A stretch of 53,718 nt of DNA, counting the filler, from Catajapyx aquilonaris (Eukaryota), in the NCBI GenBank assembly GCA_000934665.2. It is 3 parts of 3 records of this genome, joined end to end, with 100 filler letters (N's around TTAATTAATTAA, not from the genome) between each part and the next. Parts side by side here need not be neighbours in the genome. Positions count along the whole stretch, not along the records: positions 35,947 to 53,718 come from JYFJ02006864.1; 2 more parts are not named here. One strand, 5' to 3'. Both the position numbers and the translations under genes were made by a program. This document shows positions 49,023 through 53,718 of this stretch, piece after piece. Positions within the stretch are counted from its first letter, which is position 1; each line of letters begins with the position of its first letter. The notes under the pieces were generated by a model. That model ran no database searches and was not told where the DNA came from. It was given only the letters and a program-made list of their open reading frames with translations.

Positions 49023-51385
49023 TATACAGTACTGTATTGTTGGTCTTGGCACTCCCCGAAGTACTCTAACCATTGTTACAATACCCTATGTGTACTGCAA
49101 TTCTTGCCAACATAAGGAAAGTAGCCCTCAGAACTTGATTACCCTCAACCTGGAACCTCCCATTAATCAATGTTTCAAATATTTAGCATGAAAAACAGCA
49201 ATATTAGTACTGCCTATGGAAAATTTGTGGAAATTTTGGAACCTATCTCATTTACTTACATATTGTCTCGTTTTATGCCGATTCACTTTATGCCGCGTTT
49301 TGCTGAAACCAATTAACAGCATAAAACGGGTACTTCCTGTAATGTCAACGAATGTGACGCCATTTGGACCTTATAAATTTCAGAGTACAGAACAGAAACA
49401 GCCATAACAGGCAGCGCTGCACTGTCAGTCACGCATGATTTGACCCTGAACTGTCACGGCAGCTCTTTGCATCGACAAACATTGCAAATGGTAAACACGT
49501 CAACACCACTCTACATTGCACATTCTCCTCACAAGTCAGGATCCTTTTTTCCTCCTATTTTATGGTCCTTCATTAACTTCAGTAGATTGTGGCTACATTC
49601 CAGTTGGAGGCATGCATAATAATCATGGTAGGGCTGCCTATTTGCGCAATACAGTGATATCACGGCCCTATCCCAATCAGAGGGTGCACTGGCTGATAAA
49701 TGAAAATGCATCGTGTCATTACTACCGATGCAGTTAGCGTCACTTGCAATTGGCATTCAGCTCGCATATCCTAGCAGGCTGCCTGACAACCAAAGATGAC
49801 GTGTATGGACATGACGTTTAGATTAGAAACAATGCAACTACCCAGCAACATTCGTGGCAATCTCTCGAAACTTCCTGCCACCACAAACCAGCAATTTTCT
49901 AATTTTACAGTACATTCCGGGTATGACCAACAGTTCAACAACCTTCCAAACACACCACTAATTACCCCTCCTCATCCACCTGCAATGCTCACCTCCCCTC
50001 TTCCAAACACCCCAGTCAACCAGCAGATTCTCCTCCCGTCCACCCAAACAGTCTAGTAGTCCTCTCTCTGGAAACCTCAGCCAGACCTCAACCAGAACAA
50101 GAGAAGAATCTACCAAGACGCCGCCATGTTCTCCCCAACAAAAAGGTCGTTCCGCTCTCGGTCCCTGAAGCTGCTGCCCCACGCCACCCCGGAGTCCTGT
50201 GCGGCAGGCGGGTCAAAGGAAGGGTACCCAAACCGCCCGGTCCTGTACCTGTCTCAAGGCAGCGATACCGGCCGGAACTAGGCTTTTGAAGAGCGGGAAG
50301 GAAAGCCTCTTTCTTCTTTCTTTCGATGACTGATATTAACGGCGGGAGGGGGAGGGAGGAAGGGGTTGGAGTGGGGGAGGGGTGCTGGAGCTGAATGTCG
50401 CATAGCAGCTGCAAGTAGCGGCTGTGAAGAGCTGCTACTGCGGCGATCGCAGAAGCGGATAAGAAAAAGCATCATATTCAAGACATGTATCCGCTGAAGA
50501 TAGGTCTGTATCCGCGTACACAGGTGGTAAGCTCTCTTTCGCTAGTTACACCAAAAAAATAAGGACTGTATCCGCAAGGTACAAGGGTGTGACAGAGAAA
50601 ATGTATTAAAGGGAGTGGCATCCGACACTTCTTTGTTCCCAAAGCAATCGATGCTTATGGTCGATCAGGGAGCAACGCCACGGGGTATATACAAATAAAT
50701 TTATTTTGCCCACATTTACTCCATGGACGCAGGTAAATTCATCCCAGGTAAGAATCGACAACGCGACTGAGCGTGAAGACAACTGACGTGAAGGCAAAAC
50801 CCATGGCAAACAGCTTCACGAAGAACAAGCAGTCGCCTTGATGCGAAGGCTGGTCTCCGCCCCCGTGCGCGGCCTCGTGGTGACCGAAGATGCCGTTAGC
50901 CCCGCTGCTCGAGCTGTCCGAATCTTCTAATGGCCCTTGGAGAAACCTTAGCGCCCTGTCTTCATGATCCCTGCATGAGACACAACGCTTGTAATATTAA
51001 TCAGCAGGGTTCATACGGTCGTCGTTGTTGTTCCCAAACGGCCTAACGACAAAGCCAGTGAGGCTGACCTTCTCAGCGACTCCTCCACCAGGTCACCACC
51101 TCCGCTCTGGTTCCTCCGACCACCGCCTATCCACCAGTCCCAGTCCCAGAGGAAGTTCCTTGGTTCCTCCGGTGGCTCTTGACGCGGAAGGCTGTTCCTC
51201 CTGGCCGAATACCGTCGTCGCCTGTCGTACATGTTGTGCATGGGTTCTGACACACCTGCTTCTTCGGACGGAAAATGGTCGTGGCACTTGATATCGGGCG
51301 TACCGGTCGGGTGCTGCTGGAATATGAATGTGCCTAAGGCTAAAAAAGACAAGATGAAGATTGGCTGTCATCAGCATGTTGCCTG

Positions 51386-52488
51386 CTATGACTTATACAG
51401 ACCGTGGTTATGACTCACACTGTGCCTGCATTCCTCGTACACAAAGTAGAAGAAAGTCATCTCGAACTCTATCGGTTGGTTACCATAGCACTCTTGACAT
51501 AGGTGCGAGTACCAGTTACACATGTCCCTCAGCTGCTCACGACCCGCCTGGGCTATGACTGCACCGCAGGCCCATGCCCAGTGCGAGTGCGAGTCGGACA
51601 TCGTGATCCTTTGAAGGTCCTTCTGGAAGATTATGAGGACGGTACGACCACTGCCGAACAGGACTGCGTACAGATCGCGGTTGGAGGACAACCGGTCGTT
51701 GCGAGACCACCGACGGATGGCGTCGTTCAGGTGGTCTATCATCTTCGGCAGAAGACCGGACATCTCGTACCATGTTTCCTGGAATGAAGAGGCGTAATGT
51801 AAAGTCACTTCTACGGTAAGGTAGCAGACATGAATCTCAAAGGAGCTTCCTGCGCACCCACATTCGGCGCAGCTCCATTGTGCTGCGCGAACTGTGGTGC
51901 GCAGCTGATTCAGGTCTGCTACCTTACTCCTGGAAGTGACTTGTACACTACAACAATGCATTATGAAGTACGGATGTGACCGTACCCACTCGTTAATTCC
52001 GTCGAGTCGCTGTGCAGCTGCTTCCACAGCTTCCGGATAGGTCAAATTGGGATCCCGGTTTACGTTAGCGTTCATTAGGCGTTCGTGAATGTCGTTAGCT
52101 GCAACGTACCAGTCATTAACACAATGCATGAACAGTACGCAAAGAGACTCACCTTCGACAATGGCTTCGGCCAATGCTGTGAGCAACAACTTGTTCAATG
52201 GATTGTCGTACTGTCCCCATACTCTGATCCCCATTTGATGCACTCTTTGAGATAACAGGAGGGCGATGATGGTGCACGCGTTGCTGCCTGACCAAAACAC
52301 GTGGTTTTCAAGTGAATTGCAAACGACAACCCCCCGTGTGAACCCATACCTGAACTCCTATCTCCGAGTCGTGATTGGCAAAAATCAAGAGGCAACTTCC
52401 AGACCATAACACCTTCTTGGCTGGCTTCCGCGTACAAATCAGGCACATAATGCAGGTACTTGTTGTCCGGGTGTTTATGCTTCGACAT
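51386..52488 (-). CDS. Putative cysteine protease/deubiquitinase with herpesvirus-tegument-like (VTD-type) motifs; core exons ~52488-52350, 52287-52153, 52098-51986, 51778-51386 (termini uncertain)
   Basis: Spliced product LPLDFCQSRLGDRSSGSNACTIIALL...GRTVLII...MSDSHSH..GAVIA...FEMTFFYF. The three internal GT-AG junctions are in phase. Motif order is Q, C, then D-S-H. Confidence 0.75.
51802..51942. mobile_element. Palindromic MITE in the third intron of the protease gene
   Basis: AAGTCACTTC..GTAAGGTAGCAGAC.TGAATC / GATTCAGGTCTGCTACCTTAC..GAAGTGACTT. Confidence 0.7.
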
Positions 52489-52724
52489 ATTCACGTCGTA
52501 TAACTTACCGGAGACGAGTTGCAAAGTCTGCCCACTCTCATGTAAAATTTAACACTGCGTTAGTCCGATGTTACCACCTCTTCAGTCCCGTTGTGGATTG
52601 AATGGGCCAACCTATTACCATGCTTGTTCGAAGGTCGCTGACCGGTTTTACCTGGGAGTAAATCAAGCTTGGTTGTTTCAGATTTATTTCCGTTCTTATA
52701 CATTTTTGGACATTTACATTGTTG

Positions 52725-53401
52725 TTATCTGGGTTTCCATGGATTCTCGTTTGAAGGCAGCGTGTCTCCATAACCATGCCTATGTAGAGATGATCATTGT
52801 TATGAAGTGATCAGTTCATAGATTGCTATCCTTACCCCCGCTTTTTCATCCCGTACGAAGTGGTAGGTGCTGGTAGATACTGAGGCATTGTTGGAGGTTG
52901 AGGACCGGGATTCATTGTCATATCCGGATGTAGCGGACCGTACTTTGTGTCTGGAGGTATCGATCCGTACTTTGGAGGTCCGTACTCCATAGGTGCTGGA
53001 GGGCCATACTTCATGTCAGGAGGTGGGGGACCGTACTTTGTGTCTGGAGGTATCGGTCCGTACTTTGGAGGTCCGTACTCCATAGGTGCTGGAGCGCCAT
53101 ACTTCATATATGGAGGTGGAGGACCGTACTCTCCATGCGAACCACCATTGCCGCCTCCGAACAGGAAGAACGCAAGTCCAGCCACGGCCAAGCCCACGAA
53201 GAACAGCTCAACAATCGGGAACGAATGCTGGAAACCATCAGCCATCAAGACAATGTTCGCAAATCTTAATAATCAACCTACCTTTTCATACTCAATCACA
53301 TCGCAATCCTTATCGTGGCATGAACTGCACGTCCTTCCAACCGAAGTCATCTCACCGGCTGCCATACCAAGCACCACCATGCACAAAATTTGGCCAATCA
53401 T
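52725..53401 (-). CDS. Signal peptide + transmembrane segment + YGPP proline-rich repeat protein, 188 aa; exons 53401-53282, 53227-52836, 52779-52725
   Basis: MIGQILCMVVLGMAAG signal-like start, hydrophobic IVELFFVGLAVAGLAFFLF, and a duplicated 31-aa (93-bp) YGPP repeat. 54- and 56-bp GT-AG introns are in phase (567 nt). Minus-strand AATAAA at 52683-52688. Confidence 0.85.
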
Positions 53402-53500
53402 CTCCTCACAACTAGACGCGTTCGAAACGCCCAACAGACCACGTCTGGATCGCGTCTGTACTCAACTGGACTGACTTGATTTAATTTCTGCGCCCACACT

Positions 53501-53602
53501 TGGCTACCCTGAGTGACGTCACATCTCAGTTGGCACCCTTGCATGACGTCACACCTCATCTGGCAACCATGGAGGATACGTCATCAAAGGCAAGATGGCG
53601 GC
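53501..53602. promoter_or_regulatory. Probable (bidirectional) promoter: 30-bp tandem units with CRE palindromes and a YY1-type motif
   Basis: TGACGTCA at 53514 and 53544 within TGGC-initiated 30-bp repeats (53501, 53531, 53561). CAAGATGGCGGC at 53591-53602. About 100 bp upstream of the YGPP gene ATG. Confidence 0.55.
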
Positions 53603-53718
53603 GCACAGCTGCTTGATAATAGCGAGATTCCGAAATACAAAGCAGCGGTCCCGGACCATGGACCCGGACCCTTGAGTGGCGGACTCAAGCGGGGAAATGC
53701 TGAACCATGTGCGCCAAT

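Noticed and set aside
52947..53474. Plus-strand 175-aa Gly/Tyr-rich ORF
   Set aside because: Antisense shadow of the YGPP-repeat gene, whose minus-strand splice sites, signal peptide and poly(A) signal are coherent.

Overview
Eukaryotic (arthropod, probably hexapod) scaffold sequence with three large N-gaps, read by eye. Bases 1-18.2 kb are a nest of transposons with no host exons. A decayed minus-strand Helitron RepHel remnant is split by an hAT MITE, which itself carries a Helitron MITE, a pogo MITE and a young 2.4-kb LTR element with identical LTRs and an unrecognised ORF but no pol. The remnant is also split by one of two Helentron/HINE-like elements with long internal inverted repeats. 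piggyBac, hAT and ISL2EU-like MITEs and tRNA-derived SINEs occur in the same region. Bases 18.3-53.7 kb hold seven spliced or intronless host genes. Plus strand: the 3' exons of a BOD1/BOD1L-like gene, mitoferrin and mRpL35. Minus strand: two tandem BTB-zinc-finger paralogs, a gene with herpesvirus-tegument-type cysteine protease motifs (Q..C / D-S-H; candidate VTD-like deubiquitinase) and a small signal-peptide/TM/YGPP-repeat protein. The best novelty candidates are the pol-less LTR element with a repeat-containing, VNTR-frameshifted ORF, the VTD-like protease gene, and the HINE-like element with an inverted duplicated terminus. Family assignments come from recalled motifs; no database searches were run.
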